The translations under genes were made by a program, and so were the position numbers. From an uncultured archaeon (GTDB lineage Archaea > Iainarchaeota > Iainarchaeia > Iainarchaeales > 1-14-0-10-31-34): 64,000 nt of DNA. Positions 38,440 through 48,302 of the stretch are shown here, one piece after another (position 1 is the stretch's first letter; the number at the start of each line of letters is the position of its first letter). The stretch spans positions 31,226 through 95,225 of the forward strand of contig CAZSOZ010000004.1 of the NCBI GenBank assembly GCA_964608675.1, written 5' to 3'. The notes beneath the pieces were generated by a model that saw only the letters and a program-made list of their open reading frames with translations, did no database searches and was not told the origin of the DNA.

Positions 38440-38510
38440 TTTTTTTCACCTTTTTGAATAAATTTTTAATTGGAAATCATTTTTAATTGTTCTTTTTTTT
38501 TGATTTTTTT

Positions 38511-39491
38511 TTATTCTGTACAATTTGTGCCTTTAGATTGTTCTACTGCATAATTTTTTGTTCCTAATTCAAATTCTTTAAACTGCATTGTGTTTTCCCA
38601 TTTATTTTTGCATTCAAATGCATACCTGCAGTCAGTACAATAATGTCTTATCTGGCATTCAGTTATTTTGTTTTCCCCCACTGTTTCAGGGTCAATTGTA
38701 ATGTCTTTTTTTTCTTCGTTTATTCTGCATTCGTATTCTGGTTCTCCGAAAACATTCACTGTAAATTCTTTTTCAATGAAACCAAAATTTAATCCGGTTA
38801 TTTTTGTTTTAATCATGTATTCTCCTGGAGAATTTAATTGAATTTCCTGCTGTAATTTTTTTGTTTCTTTTGCTTCAATTTTTGTTCTTTCACTGTTTTC
38901 GGTTTTAATTTTTTCCTGTTTTTTTGTTCCTTCTTCAAAAAAAGCAATAAATACAGTTGTTTCCATTCTTGCATAATTTTCTGCTGTATTTCCTGTGTTT
39001 GTTATAGTGCTTTCAATTTTAAGTTTTTCTGAATTAAAATAAAAATCATTATTGTAAATGAATTTTTCCAGTTTTATTTGAGCAGGAATTTCTCCTAAAT
39101 ATATTTTGCAGAAATAAATTCCCTGCAGTTCTTCGCATCTTGTGCTTACAATTGGATTCATTTCTTCGTTGAATAATGTTTTTTCTTTTGTCCATTCAAT
39201 TTTTTGTTCGCAGTCAGAGTTTTCCGAACAGCAATAATTGTATGAATTGCATTCAAATTCAATAATTGTGTTTTTTGTTTCAAAATCTTTTTTGGTTAAA
39301 AGAATTCCTTTTGAAAATTTTATGTTGTATTTTGCTTTGAATTCCCCTAAATTTTTTTTTGAATGCTCTAACTGGATTTTAATAATGTTTACTGTTTCTT
39401 CTTTGGGGAATGCAGCAGAAAAAAGGCTGATTAAAATGAATACAAGGTAAAGCACAACAATAAATCCTATTACTATTTTCATTGCATTCAT
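38511..39491 (-). CDS. Secreted Cys-rich hypothetical protein.
   Basis: Signal-anchor N-terminus; many Cys. Confidence 0.35.
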   Translation of the reverse strand: MNAMKIVIGFIVVLYLVFILISLFSAAFPKEETVNIIKIQLEHSKKNLGEFKAKYNIKFSKGILLTKKDFETKNTIIEFECNSYNYCCSENSDCEQKIEWTKEKTLFNEEMNPIVSTRCEELQGIYFCKIYLGEIPAQIKLEKFIYNNDFYFNSEKLKIESTITNTGNTAENYARMETTVFIAFFEEGTKKQEKIKTENSERTKIEAKETKKLQQEIQLNSPGEYMIKTKITGLNFGFIEKEFTVNVFGEPEYECRINEEKKDITIDPETVGENKITECQIRHYCTDCRYAFECKNKWENTMQFKEFELGTKNYAVEQSKGTNCTE

Positions 39492-39742
39492 TTTCTTTTT
39501 CTCCTTGTTTTTGTTATTCCTGCTTCTTTTCTGTAAACCAATAAAAGCAGTTTTCTTAAAACATAACTTATTCCAAACACTATAATCAAAAGAACAACTG
39601 CTTTATCCCATTCTCCTGATTTAAAAAAATAATCCCTGAATTTCCCTAAATAATCACCGAAAAAAATCATGCCGTATGCAGCTAAAACAAATGCCGTCAA
39701 AAAAATTATTGTCCTGAACGAAAAAAGAATTTTTGAATTCAT
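39488..39742 (-). CDS. Small membrane protein.
   Basis: ORF; the start overlaps the downstream gene. Confidence 0.3.
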   Translation of the reverse strand: MNSKILFSFRTIIFLTAFVLAAYGMIFFGDYLGKFRDYFFKSGEWDKAVVLLIIVFGISYVLRKLLLLVYRKEAGITKTRRKRK

Positions 39743-39779
39743 TATTTTATTAAGGCTTTTTTAGTATTAATACTTTTTC

Positions 39780-41627
39780 TTATTTTTCTTTGGTTATTGT
39801 TTTTTGTTTTACGTACATTTTTTTGATTTCTTTTTCGGTTGTTGCTTGTTCTGCTTTTTTGTCTGTCCTTATTGAAATCATTCTGGGAAACCTTAATGCA
39901 AGTCCTTTGCCTTCTTTTCTTGCAGTCAAATGAACAGGACTTTTTGTTATTTCATCTGCTCTTATTTCAATAACATATTTTGGTTCCACCCAGTAATCAG
40001 GCTTTAATTCTGATTCAACTCTTGCAGGCTTTTTTTTTGAAGAAATTTTTTTAAGCAGTTTTTCTAATTCAACTAATTGTTTTTCGCTTAATCCTGTTCC
40101 AATTTTTGCCACACTCTTAAACAGGTCTTCTTTTTCTGCGTACACTGCAGTAAGCAGTGCGCCTAAACCGAATTCAGTTCTTTTTCCTTTTCCAGTATAA
40201 TATCCTATTATTACGCCGTCGATGGAATCAGTTAATTCTCCTTTATAGCTTCTTTTTAATTTAATCCATGCAAATTTTCTTGCTCCTGCAATATATTTCG
40301 CATTCAAATCTTTTGCAATTATTCCTTCAAGTCCTTTTGAAATATTTTCATCAAAGAATTCATCAACTTTTTTTGAGGAATCAGTGTTAATTGATTTTGT
40401 TAAGGAAATTATTTTTCCTTGTTGAATTAGTTTTTCAAGTTTTTTTCTTCTTTCAATAAAGGGTTCTTCCATTAAATTTTTTTCTTCAAGCATCATTAAA
40501 TCAAATACAAACAATTTTAACGGAAATTCTTTTGCTTTGTTTTCTATTCCGTATTTTCTTTTTCTTTGTATTGTAAGCTGAAATGAAAGAAATTCTCCTG
40601 TAATTTCATTGAAAGCAATTGCTTCTCCTTCAAAAATTGCTTTTTCTGCTTTAATTTGTTCTTTTATTGCTTTAACTATGTCAGGAAACATTTCAGTCAT
40701 GTTTTCTGACTGCCTTGAATAAATCCATACTTTGTCTTTGTTTTTATGGCATTGAATTCTGAAACCGTCATATTTTGCTTCTACTGCACATTTTCCTAAT
40801 TTTTTTATTATTTCTTCTGATGAATTAAGTCTTTCTGCAAGAGTGGGTCTGATTGGAATTCCTGCAGTAATTTGAATTTCCTTTAATCCGTTCAATCCTT
40901 TTTTTTTTAAGATTTCTGCAATTGAACCTAAATCAGAATAAATGTTATATTTTTCTTCTATTTTTTCTCTTAATTTTAATTTAATTCTTCTTTTGAATTC
41001 TTCTTTCCAGATTTTTTCTTTTATTTTTTTTTCTTTCATTTCTTTTTCTGTTTTTTTTATCCACTCCTGTTTTTGTTTTCCTTCTTCAAGAAGGTTTCCT
41101 GCCAATGAATCCATTATTGTTGGATCTCCTATTCCCAGCCTTAAGTTTTCCAGAGGAATTCTTGCAATATATTTTGCTTCTGTTCCTCCTGCAGAATTAA
41201 ATAATTCTGCCATTAATTTTAGTTTTAGTTCTCTTGAACCTGTTCCTTCTACTCTTGAAATTTTAAGAAAGTTTTCAAAAACCTTGTTTACAGTCAATTG
41301 GCTTGAAAATAAAGCCGACTGTTTTTTTTGTTCACAGAATTCTTCTGCAGTTAACCCTAAATCTCCTTTTTCTCTGAATTTTTTTTCTATTTCTTTTTTT
41401 GTGAAGCCGGTTGATTTAGCTAAAGCTTCAACCACCATTTTTTCTCCTATTCCGGATTCAATTTTTTCATAATTTGCTCCAAGTTTTCCCTGGCATAAAA
41501 AAACAATTTTTTTTATGTTGCTTTCATTTGTTTTTTTTAGTAATTCAGCAAGCAGTTTGGTCATTTCAAGCCTTGAAGGAGTTTTTTCTATTTTATCAAA
41601 ATAAGCGCTTAATTCTTTGAATTCCAT
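39780..41627 (-). CDS. lig: ATP-dependent DNA ligase (archaeal Lig1 type).
   Basis: Adenylation motif I AVEAKYDGFR; about 615 aa. Confidence 0.8.
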   Translation of the reverse strand: MEFKELSAYFDKIEKTPSRLEMTKLLAELLKKTNESNIKKIVFLCQGKLGANYEKIESGIGEKMVVEALAKSTGFTKKEIEKKFREKGDLGLTAEEFCEQKKQSALFSSQLTVNKVFENFLKISRVEGTGSRELKLKLMAELFNSAGGTEAKYIARIPLENLRLGIGDPTIMDSLAGNLLEEGKQKQEWIKKTEKEMKEKKIKEKIWKEEFKRRIKLKLREKIEEKYNIYSDLGSIAEILKKKGLNGLKEIQITAGIPIRPTLAERLNSSEEIIKKLGKCAVEAKYDGFRIQCHKNKDKVWIYSRQSENMTEMFPDIVKAIKEQIKAEKAIFEGEAIAFNEITGEFLSFQLTIQRKRKYGIENKAKEFPLKLFVFDLMMLEEKNLMEEPFIERRKKLEKLIQQGKIISLTKSINTDSSKKVDEFFDENISKGLEGIIAKDLNAKYIAGARKFAWIKLKRSYKGELTDSIDGVIIGYYTGKGKRTEFGLGALLTAVYAEKEDLFKSVAKIGTGLSEKQLVELEKLLKKISSKKKPARVESELKPDYWVEPKYVIEIRADEITKSPVHLTARKEGKGLALRFPRMISIRTDKKAEQATTEKEIKKMYVKQKTITKEK

Positions 41628-41708
41628 AATAAAAATTACTTCCAATATCTTTAATGCTTTTGCTTTAAAAGCTTTTTTTAATGCTTTTTTATATACTGAA
41701 ATTTTTTT

Positions 41709-41868
41709 GGGGCTGTGGTGTAGCCTGGTCTAGCATTGCGGCTTTGGGGCAAACTTTTTTTACAAAAAGTTTGAAAAATGGTTTTTGTTTTTTACAAAAA
41801 CTTATTTTTTATTAATTTAAAGGTTTGCAAATTAGCCGTTGACCCCGGTTCAAATCCGGGCAGTCCCA
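41709..41868 (+). tRNA. tRNA-Pro (anticodon TGG) carrying an 85-nt intron at 41749..41833 (after position 37).
   Basis: Manual fold: acceptor GGGGCTG/CAGTCCC, D arm GTGT-AATGGC..-GCAT, anticodon stem GCGGC/GCCGT, loop TTTGGG[intron]A, T arm CCCGG-TTCAAAT-CCGGG, discriminator A. Confidence 0.75.
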
Positions 41869-41884
41869 ATTATTTTTTTTTTAG

Positions 41885-42586
41885 TTAAATTATTTTTATT
41901 TGGCTTAAAATTGGTTCACCGTTTTTTTCTTCAACTAAAATAGGGTAATTTCCTTTTTCAAGTCCTTTTACTGTTATTGTTGTTTTATAACTGCATTCAC
42001 ACGGCCATATTTCTTCAGGAGGAGCTCCAATTGGACCGTAAATAAATTTATCTGAATCAATTGTTTCTTCTTCGTAAACTGTAATTATTCCATCTGGATC
42101 CATGTAAGCATTAACGCTTACTTCTGATGCCTTGCAGTATTTTTTTGCATAAAATTCTATTTCAAGTGCATTTTTTTTTACTGAAATTTTTGGTTCTGCA
42201 TTAATTTCTTCTTCTGTTGGATTTCTTTCATCTGGAACAAAAGCATTATCAATTATTTCCCCTAAACAGCCTGTTGTTTTCATTTCAAAAGTCAAAGGAA
42301 TATTTTCTTTTGTTGGGTTTTTGTCGTCTGGTTCCGGAAGGGGAGCGTCAGGAACCTGCAAATAAAAATCTTCGGTGTCTTCATAAAATCCCTGGTTTTT
42401 TAAGTCTTCAGCTTGAGGTTCAGTTAAAGGAAACTGTGAAACAAGCACTGCAACAACAAGGATTACAGATAAAATTATTCCTGCATAATGCTTTGAATTT
42501 AATTCCATGAATAAATTAGAGGAAACTAAGATATAAATTTTTTGGTTTTTTGTTTTTATTGATGATTTCAGATTTAGTGAATTCAA
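41885..42586 (-). CDS. Secreted hypothetical protein.
   Basis: Signal peptide; Cys pairs. Confidence 0.35.
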   Translation of the reverse strand: MNSLNLKSSIKTKNQKIYILVSSNLFMELNSKHYAGIILSVILVVAVLVSQFPLTEPQAEDLKNQGFYEDTEDFYLQVPDAPLPEPDDKNPTKENIPLTFEMKTTGCLGEIIDNAFVPDERNPTEEEINAEPKISVKKNALEIEFYAKKYCKASEVSVNAYMDPDGIITVYEEETIDSDKFIYGPIGAPPEEIWPCECSYKTTITVKGLEKGNYPILVEEKNGEPILSQIKII

Positions 42587-43113
42587 CTCAAAAAATAATG
42601 AAAGCTTTTCAAAAAAACGATTTAGTTAAGTTAAGGCAGTTAAGCAATAATTTAATTGAACAGGCATCTCTTGAATCAGATGATGTTCTTGCACAGCTTT
42701 CTTTGATTTCTTATTCTTTGCAGAAACTTTTATCAAAACCCCACATAATTAAAACAGAGAAATGGAATAAAGTTAAATCCACAATAATGCTTTCTTTAAG
42801 CAAAGCAGTAAATCATTTAAAGAAAAAAAATTTAATTGGATTCAAAAAAGAGCTTAATGCTATTTCAGAAAAAGTCTTAGAAGTTGATTCTTCGATGGGC
42901 CGTTATATTGCAAACATTTATGAGAAAGCAAAAATAAAGCAGGCTTCAAGAGCTTATGCTTTTGGTTTAAGTTTAATGCAGGCAAGGAATTTGACTGGCG
43001 CAGACGAAAAAGAACTGCTTTCTTATATTGGAGCAACAAAAATTCATGAAGAAAAAACCATTAAAGGAATAAAGGAAAGAAAAAAATTATTGGAAGGGAT
43101 TTTTAGTGAATGA
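42550..43113 (+). CDS. Hypothetical alpha-helical protein. It is the first gene of a translationally coupled three-gene cassette.
   Basis: ORF; overlaps the next gene by 8 nt. Confidence 0.3.
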   Translation: MFLLMISDLVNSTQKIMKAFQKNDLVKLRQLSNNLIEQASLESDDVLAQLSLISYSLQKLLSKPHIIKTEKWNKVKSTIMLSLSKAVNHLKKKNLIGFKKELNAISEKVLEVDSSMGRYIANIYEKAKIKQASRAYAFGLSLMQARNLTGADEKELLSYIGATKIHEEKTIKGIKERKKLLEGIFSE

Positions 43114-43783
43114 AATAATTTTTGATTCCAGTTCAATTATTTCTGTTTCTCAGAATTGTTTAATGAAAGTACTGGAAAATTTATCCAAAAAAACAAGCAG
43201 TTCTTTTATTATTCCTAAAAGCGTGGAATTCGAGTCAGTAATCAGGCCCCTGAAAATAAATAAATTTGAATTAAATGCTCTGAGAATAAAGAAAGCAATT
43301 GAATTAGGCTGGCTTAAGACTGAAGAAACTGAAGTGGATTCATCAAAAGTAGAAGCTTTTGCAAACAACATTTTTTTTTCTGAAAACAAGCCGGTAAAAA
43401 TAATCCACAAAGGAGAAGCAGAAACAATTGCTTTATACAAAAAACTTAATGCTTCAGTTCTTGTAATTGATGAAAGAACTACCAGAATGTTGATTGAAGA
43501 ACCAAAAAACCTTCAAAAAAAACTGAGGTTCAATTACAAAAAAAACATTAAATTGAATAAAACTAATTTGAATAAATTTTCTTCTTTTACAGGAAAAATC
43601 AATATAGTGCGTTCTGCTGAATTAATTGCTGAAGCTTTTGATTTGGATTGTTTTAAAGGAGAATTAGAAAATTCTGCTAAAGCTCTTGAAGCATCTCTTT
43701 ATGCATTAAAATTCAACGGCTGTTCTGTTTCAATTAAAGAAATAAAAAATTATTTGAATAAAAAATCAAGTGCAGTTAAATGA
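43106..43783 (+). CDS. Hypothetical protein with a possible N-terminal PIN-like nuclease fold.
   Basis: Acidic residues are spaced as in PIN domains: IIFDSSSII, KGEAETIAL, VLVIDERTTR. This is tentative. Confidence 0.3.
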   Translation: MNEIIFDSSSIISVSQNCLMKVLENLSKKTSSSFIIPKSVEFESVIRPLKINKFELNALRIKKAIELGWLKTEETEVDSSKVEAFANNIFFSENKPVKIIHKGEAETIALYKKLNASVLVIDERTTRMLIEEPKNLQKKLRFNYKKNIKLNKTNLNKFSSFTGKINIVRSAELIAEAFDLDCFKGELENSAKALEASLYALKFNGCSVSIKEIKNYLNKKSSAVK

Positions 43784-44229
43784 AGATATCTAAAGTAGTA
43801 AAAGAAGATTTTGATGAAATAAGTTGTTTGGTAAAAGAGGAATTTCCTTACACGAAAAAAAAAATGAATTCTGTTGAAAGAAGAATAAAAGATGGAAGCA
43901 TTATTTTTACTGCACAAGAAAACAATTTTTTTTTGGGTTTTATTGAATTTAAAGTAATTTCTTCTTCTGCAAAACTTTTGGGGCTTGCAGTAAAAAAAGA
44001 ATTCAGAAAAAAAGGAGCAGGCAAAAAACTTTTTGATTTTCTTATTGATTACTCTAAAAAAAATAATTTGAAAAAAATTTTTCTTTTGGTTAAAGAAGAC
44101 AACCTTAAAGCAAAAAAACTTTATAAATCAAAAAATTTTATTAAAACAGGTTTTTTACAGAAAAAAATTGAAGGTTCAAAAATAGAAAAAAGGGAATTAA
44201 ATTTAACTCCTTTTAAGGGGTTAAGTTAA
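43780..44229 (+). CDS. GNAT-family N-acetyltransferase.
   Basis: Acetyl-CoA binding motif LAVKKEFRKKGAGKKLF. Confidence 0.6.
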   Translation: MKISKVVKEDFDEISCLVKEEFPYTKKKMNSVERRIKDGSIIFTAQENNFFLGFIEFKVISSSAKLLGLAVKKEFRKKGAGKKLFDFLIDYSKKNNLKKIFLLVKEDNLKAKKLYKSKNFIKTGFLQKKIEGSKIEKRELNLTPFKGLS

Positions 44230-45383
44230 GAATAAATAATTTTTATTACTGCATTAATTATTTTTTTTGGATGTCCTTCCATTTGCATTGCTTCAATTAT
44301 TTCTTCTTTAGTGTATCTTTTTGAAGGGCCTTCAAGAGAAGAAACAAGTTTTTTTACTTTCTTTTTTTCTTGTTTGGTTAATTCTAGCAAGACTTTTTTG
44401 TCTATTTCTTTTCCGCCTACTTTATGAATTAATCCTTTAGTAAAAAATTTTGTTATACTTCCTAACTGCTGTGCTATAGTTAAATTTTCATTTTCTTTCT
44501 TTTTTTCTTTTTTGATGGAGTCAGGGTTAACAGGAATCATCCCCTGAAGATTTTCCATTCTTTTTTCTTTATTAAACGGAATTTTTTTTGGTTCAGGTTC
44601 TTCATACTCTATTTTTTGAAAAGTTGATTGTGTTTCTTTTTTTTCAGGTTCAACAGAATTTTTGTATTCGCTTTTTTTTTCAGGTTTTTCTAATACAAAT
44701 GCTTTCAGCAGTTTTTCTTCTTCTGAAAGATTTTTTTCAGGTTTTCGTGTTTCTTTTTCTGCATTTTTTTCAGGCAAAATTTCTTCTGCATTCTTTTTTT
44801 CTTTAATTGCTTCTTCTGATTTTCCTTTTTCAAATATTTTTTTGTCTCCAGGGCTTTTTTTTTCGCTTATTTTTTTATATCCTGAAGCAGTTTCTTTTAA
44901 TTTTTCTAAAATTTTCTTTTTTTCTTCAGGTTCTTCAGGATGCAATGGTTTTTCTTCTATTTTCAGATTCATTGCATTTATTTTGTTTTCTTTTTTTTGT
45001 TTTTCTGTTTTATGCCAGTGTCCTTCTCTGAAAGGAATTTTTTTGCTTTTTTCTTTTGTTTCTTTTTTTTCTTCTTTTTTGTCAAGCCATAAGTGTTCCG
45101 GTTCTTTGTCTTTTATTATTAGTCCATCAATGTCTTCTTTTTCTAAATCTTTTCCTTTGATTTCTGCTAGTTCATCTCTTAATAACTCCATTTTGCTTTT
45201 TTCTTTTTTTATTTTTTCTTTTGTTTTTTTCTGCTGGCTTTCTTGTTTTTCTTCTTGTTCTTTTTTTTCTTTGGTTTCTGGGCTTTTTTTATTTTGTTCT
45301 TTTAATTGCCCTGCTTCTTTTTTTCTTTCTCTTAAATCTTTGTCTGATTTAACTAATTTTTCTATTTCTTTTACTGAAGTCAT
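44226..45383 (-). CDS. Low-complexity K/E-rich protein with a C-terminal UBA-like segment.
   Basis: Roughly the first 300 aa are a KE repeat. The C-terminus (TKEEIIEAMQMEGHPKKIINAVIKII) resembles a UBA/NAC-alpha C-terminal helix bundle. Confidence 0.3.
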   Translation of the reverse strand: MTSVKEIEKLVKSDKDLRERKKEAGQLKEQNKKSPETKEKKEQEEKQESQQKKTKEKIKKEKSKMELLRDELAEIKGKDLEKEDIDGLIIKDKEPEHLWLDKKEEKKETKEKSKKIPFREGHWHKTEKQKKENKINAMNLKIEEKPLHPEEPEEKKKILEKLKETASGYKKISEKKSPGDKKIFEKGKSEEAIKEKKNAEEILPEKNAEKETRKPEKNLSEEEKLLKAFVLEKPEKKSEYKNSVEPEKKETQSTFQKIEYEEPEPKKIPFNKEKRMENLQGMIPVNPDSIKKEKKKENENLTIAQQLGSITKFFTKGLIHKVGGKEIDKKVLLELTKQEKKKVKKLVSSLEGPSKRYTKEEIIEAMQMEGHPKKIINAVIKIIYS

Positions 45384-45455
45384 TTCATCACTCTCTATAA
45401 TAAAGATTAATTGATATATAAAAAGTTTCCTTAATCAAAAAAAAAGTATTGTAAA

Positions 45456-46919
45456 TTAATAAGATTTTGCTATATAAACAATTTTTTCTGCTTTTTTTCC
45501 GCACGCAAGACATTTTCCTTCTGATTTTTCTTTGTTTTTAAGTTTTGAGCCTCTGATGCTTGCATTCATTTCTTTTTCAATTTTTTCGGCACATGCTTTT
45601 GATTCCATTGAAATTGAACAAAAATGCGCTTTAATTATTTTTCCTTTTTCTATTTCTTTTTTTGCTTTTTCAAGTGAGTCAACTGAAACAATGTTTTCTT
45701 TGAATTCTTTTTCTGTTTTTTTCTTTAATTCTTCAAGCTGGTTTTTTCCTTCTCTTAAAATGAATTTACTTAACTCATAAATTTTTTCTTTTGTTTTTTT
45801 TTCTGTATCTCTTCTGAAAACCGTTGCTTTTTTTTCTGTTATTTCTTTTTCTCCTAATTCTATTCTGAATGGAACGCCTTTCATTTCCCAAAAATAAAAT
45901 TTTTCTCCTATGGTTTTGTCAGTTGAATCAATTTCAGTTCTGATTTTATTTTTTCTTAGTTCTTTCATTATTTGTTTTGCTTCACTTAAAACTTTTTGTT
46001 TGTTTTTGTCGTTGTAAATTGGAATAATCACTGCTTGTAATGGAGCAACACTAAAAGGAAACACTAATCCTTTGTTGTCTCCGTGTATAGAAATTATTGC
46101 TGCAAAAATCCTGCTTACTGCAGGACCATAGCATGTTGTCCAGCAGTATTCTTCTTTGCCTTTTTCGTTTGTAAATTTTACTTCAAATGCTTTTGTAAAT
46201 GACTGTGAAATAATGTGTGTTGAAGGCAACTGCATTACTTTTCCGTCTGGCATTAATGTGTCTGCAGCAAAAGTGAATTCTGCTCCTGGAAACTTGTCCC
46301 ATTGAGGTCTTTCTAAAAAAATAAAAGGCAAACCAAAAACATCACCTAAAACTTCTTTTGTTGTCTGCATGTCTTCTTCTGCCTGTTTTAATGCATTTTC
46401 TTTTGAATCAAATGCATTGTGTGTTTCAATCCAGTAAAATTCCCTGCTTCTGATAAAAGGTCTTGTAGCTTTTGTTTCATATCTGAAAACTTGTGCTCTT
46501 TGATAGGTTTTGAAGGGCAAATCTTTGTAAGAGCGAATCCATAAAGAAAACATTTGATAGAATGCTGTTTCTGAAGTAGGCCTTAAAGCCATTTTTTCTT
46601 CTAGTTTTTCTCCTGCGCCTGTTTCTGTTACCCAAAACACTTCTGGAGTAAATCCTTTTACGTGTTCTTTTTCCATTTTAAAATTTTTTTCAGGAATTAC
46701 AACTGGATACCAGTAAGGTTTGTGGCCTTTTAATTGCAGGGTTTCTTCTAAGTAATCGTACATTTTTTCCATTGCCAGAACACTCCATGGCTGGAAAACA
46801 ATAAATCCTTTAATATTATAACGCAGGTCGCCTAATTCAGCTTTTTTTACTATTTCGGTGTACCAATTTGAAAAATTTTTTTTCTTGTCAAAATCAAACG
46901 TCACTTTTTCTTTTGCCAT
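45456..46919 (-). CDS. proS: Prolyl-tRNA synthetase, archaeal/eukaryal type.
   Basis: Class II catalytic core, an anticodon-binding domain, and a C-terminal zinc-binding extension (CLACGKKAEKIVYIAKSY); 487 aa. Confidence 0.85.
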   Translation of the reverse strand: MAKEKVTFDFDKKKNFSNWYTEIVKKAELGDLRYNIKGFIVFQPWSVLAMEKMYDYLEETLQLKGHKPYWYPVVIPEKNFKMEKEHVKGFTPEVFWVTETGAGEKLEEKMALRPTSETAFYQMFSLWIRSYKDLPFKTYQRAQVFRYETKATRPFIRSREFYWIETHNAFDSKENALKQAEEDMQTTKEVLGDVFGLPFIFLERPQWDKFPGAEFTFAADTLMPDGKVMQLPSTHIISQSFTKAFEVKFTNEKGKEEYCWTTCYGPAVSRIFAAIISIHGDNKGLVFPFSVAPLQAVIIPIYNDKNKQKVLSEAKQIMKELRKNKIRTEIDSTDKTIGEKFYFWEMKGVPFRIELGEKEITEKKATVFRRDTEKKTKEKIYELSKFILREGKNQLEELKKKTEKEFKENIVSVDSLEKAKKEIEKGKIIKAHFCSISMESKACAEKIEKEMNASIRGSKLKNKEKSEGKCLACGKKAEKIVYIAKSY

Positions 46920-46985
46920 AACAAAATCACTGTCTTAAACTATTTAAAACAAACATTTTATTTATAATGTATTTAATTACTATAT

Positions 46986-47750
46986 ATGAATTCTCTTTTT
47001 GAGAAAAATTATAATTCCAGAGAACTTGCAGAAATGTGGACTGATTTTATTGACTGGAATAAAAGAAGAAAAGGAGAAAAAGGCTTTCTGAAAAAAATTT
47101 TGCATGAAAATAAGGTTAATTCTGTTTTTGAATCTTCTTTAGGAGATGGCTGTGATTCTATTTATTTAATTAAAGAGGGTTTTGATGTAGTAAGCAATGA
47201 CCTTGATTTTGAGTTCATCAAGAAAGCTCAAGAAAACGCAAGAAAAGAAAAGGTTAAATTAAATGTAACCAGTTTTGACTGGAGGGAATTAGGAAAGCAT
47301 TTTGATAAAGAATTTTTTGATGCAGTTTTATGTTTAGGCAATTCTATTACTTATTTATTCAAAAAAGAACACAGGCTTAAAGTATTAAGAGAATTTTATG
47401 GCTTGATTAAAAAAGAAGGGGTTCTGGTTATAGATGAAAGAAACTACCAGTATTTTTTAGATAACAGAAAAGAAATTTTGAAAGGAAATTTTAAGTACTC
47501 TAAAAATTTTGTTTATTGCGGAGAAACTGTTCGTGCGTTTCCCTTTGAAATAACTGAACAAAAAGTGGTAATGCAATACGTTGATAAAAAAAGAAAAAAG
47601 AAAGCTGAACTGGTTTTGTATCCTTTTAAGAGAGGCGAACTGCTTTCTTTATTGAATGAAGCAGGTTTTAATAAAGTTCAGGTTTTTTCTGACTACAAAA
47701 AAGGATTTAATTCTGAAGCAGATTTTTATACTTATGTTTGCTCCAAGTGA
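46986..47750 (+). CDS. Class I SAM-dependent methyltransferase.
   Basis: Motif I ESSLGDGCDSIYL...VVSNDLD. Confidence 0.55.
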   Translation: MNSLFEKNYNSRELAEMWTDFIDWNKRRKGEKGFLKKILHENKVNSVFESSLGDGCDSIYLIKEGFDVVSNDLDFEFIKKAQENARKEKVKLNVTSFDWRELGKHFDKEFFDAVLCLGNSITYLFKKEHRLKVLREFYGLIKKEGVLVIDERNYQYFLDNRKEILKGNFKYSKNFVYCGETVRAFPFEITEQKVVMQYVDKKRKKKAELVLYPFKRGELLSLLNEAGFNKVQVFSDYKKGFNSEADFYTYVCSK

Positions 47751-47768
47751 AGCATGAATTTTTGTATT

Positions 47769-48152
47769 TCAGTTTTCGTTGATTTTTTTCCATGCTTTTC
47801 TTAATGCTTTTCTTATTGGGTGTTTTGTGATTCGGGTTTTTTCTTTTTTTCCGATTATTTTTGTTTTTTTTGTTTTGACAAGTTTTCCTTTTTCATCATA
47901 TTTTTCTTCTATTTTTTTTGTTCTGTTTTTTCCTCTTAAATTTCTGTCGGTAATTATTTTTTCCCTGCTTTTGGGTTTTCCTGTGTAATCCCACACTGCG
48001 TGTTCTTCAAGGTCTCCTCTTATTCTTCTTTTGACAAACCTGTCTTTTGCGTATATGTCTTGTTTAACAGAATTGCGAACAATTCTTCTTATTGGCCCTT
48101 CAGCTAATTTTGCTTTTCTCATTTTTTTTCTGCTTAATTTTTTTAAAGGCAT
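47769..48152 (-). CDS. Hypothetical highly basic protein.
   Basis: ORF only. Confidence 0.3.
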   Translation of the reverse strand: MPLKKLSRKKMRKAKLAEGPIRRIVRNSVKQDIYAKDRFVKRRIRGDLEEHAVWDYTGKPKSREKIITDRNLRGKNRTKKIEEKYDEKGKLVKTKKTKIIGKKEKTRITKHPIRKALRKAWKKINEN

Positions 48153-48302
48153 ATTAAAATCAATAAATTAAAAGAATTAGATGTTTAAATTTGTTTCTAT
48201 TCACAAAAAAAAAACAGAATGAAATTAAGTGTAGGCGCAGGAGCGTAAGGTCGTGCTAGCATTATTTTGTGTGTACAGGCATCCGCTGACTAAACCGCGA
48301 AT

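Noticed and set aside
44662-45414. 250-aa plus-strand ORF of F/S/L-rich low-complexity sequence.
   Set aside because: It is antisense to the K/E-rich gene 44226..45383. The mirror-image low complexity is an artefact of the AAG/GAA repeat.
48217-48302. Tried to fold the GC-rich segment as a second tRNA, a tRNA half or a box C/D sRNA.
   Set aside because: No T-loop (TTCRANT), no acceptor complementarity, and no RUGAUGA/CUGA boxes in either strand. It is left as an unclassified candidate ncRNA.
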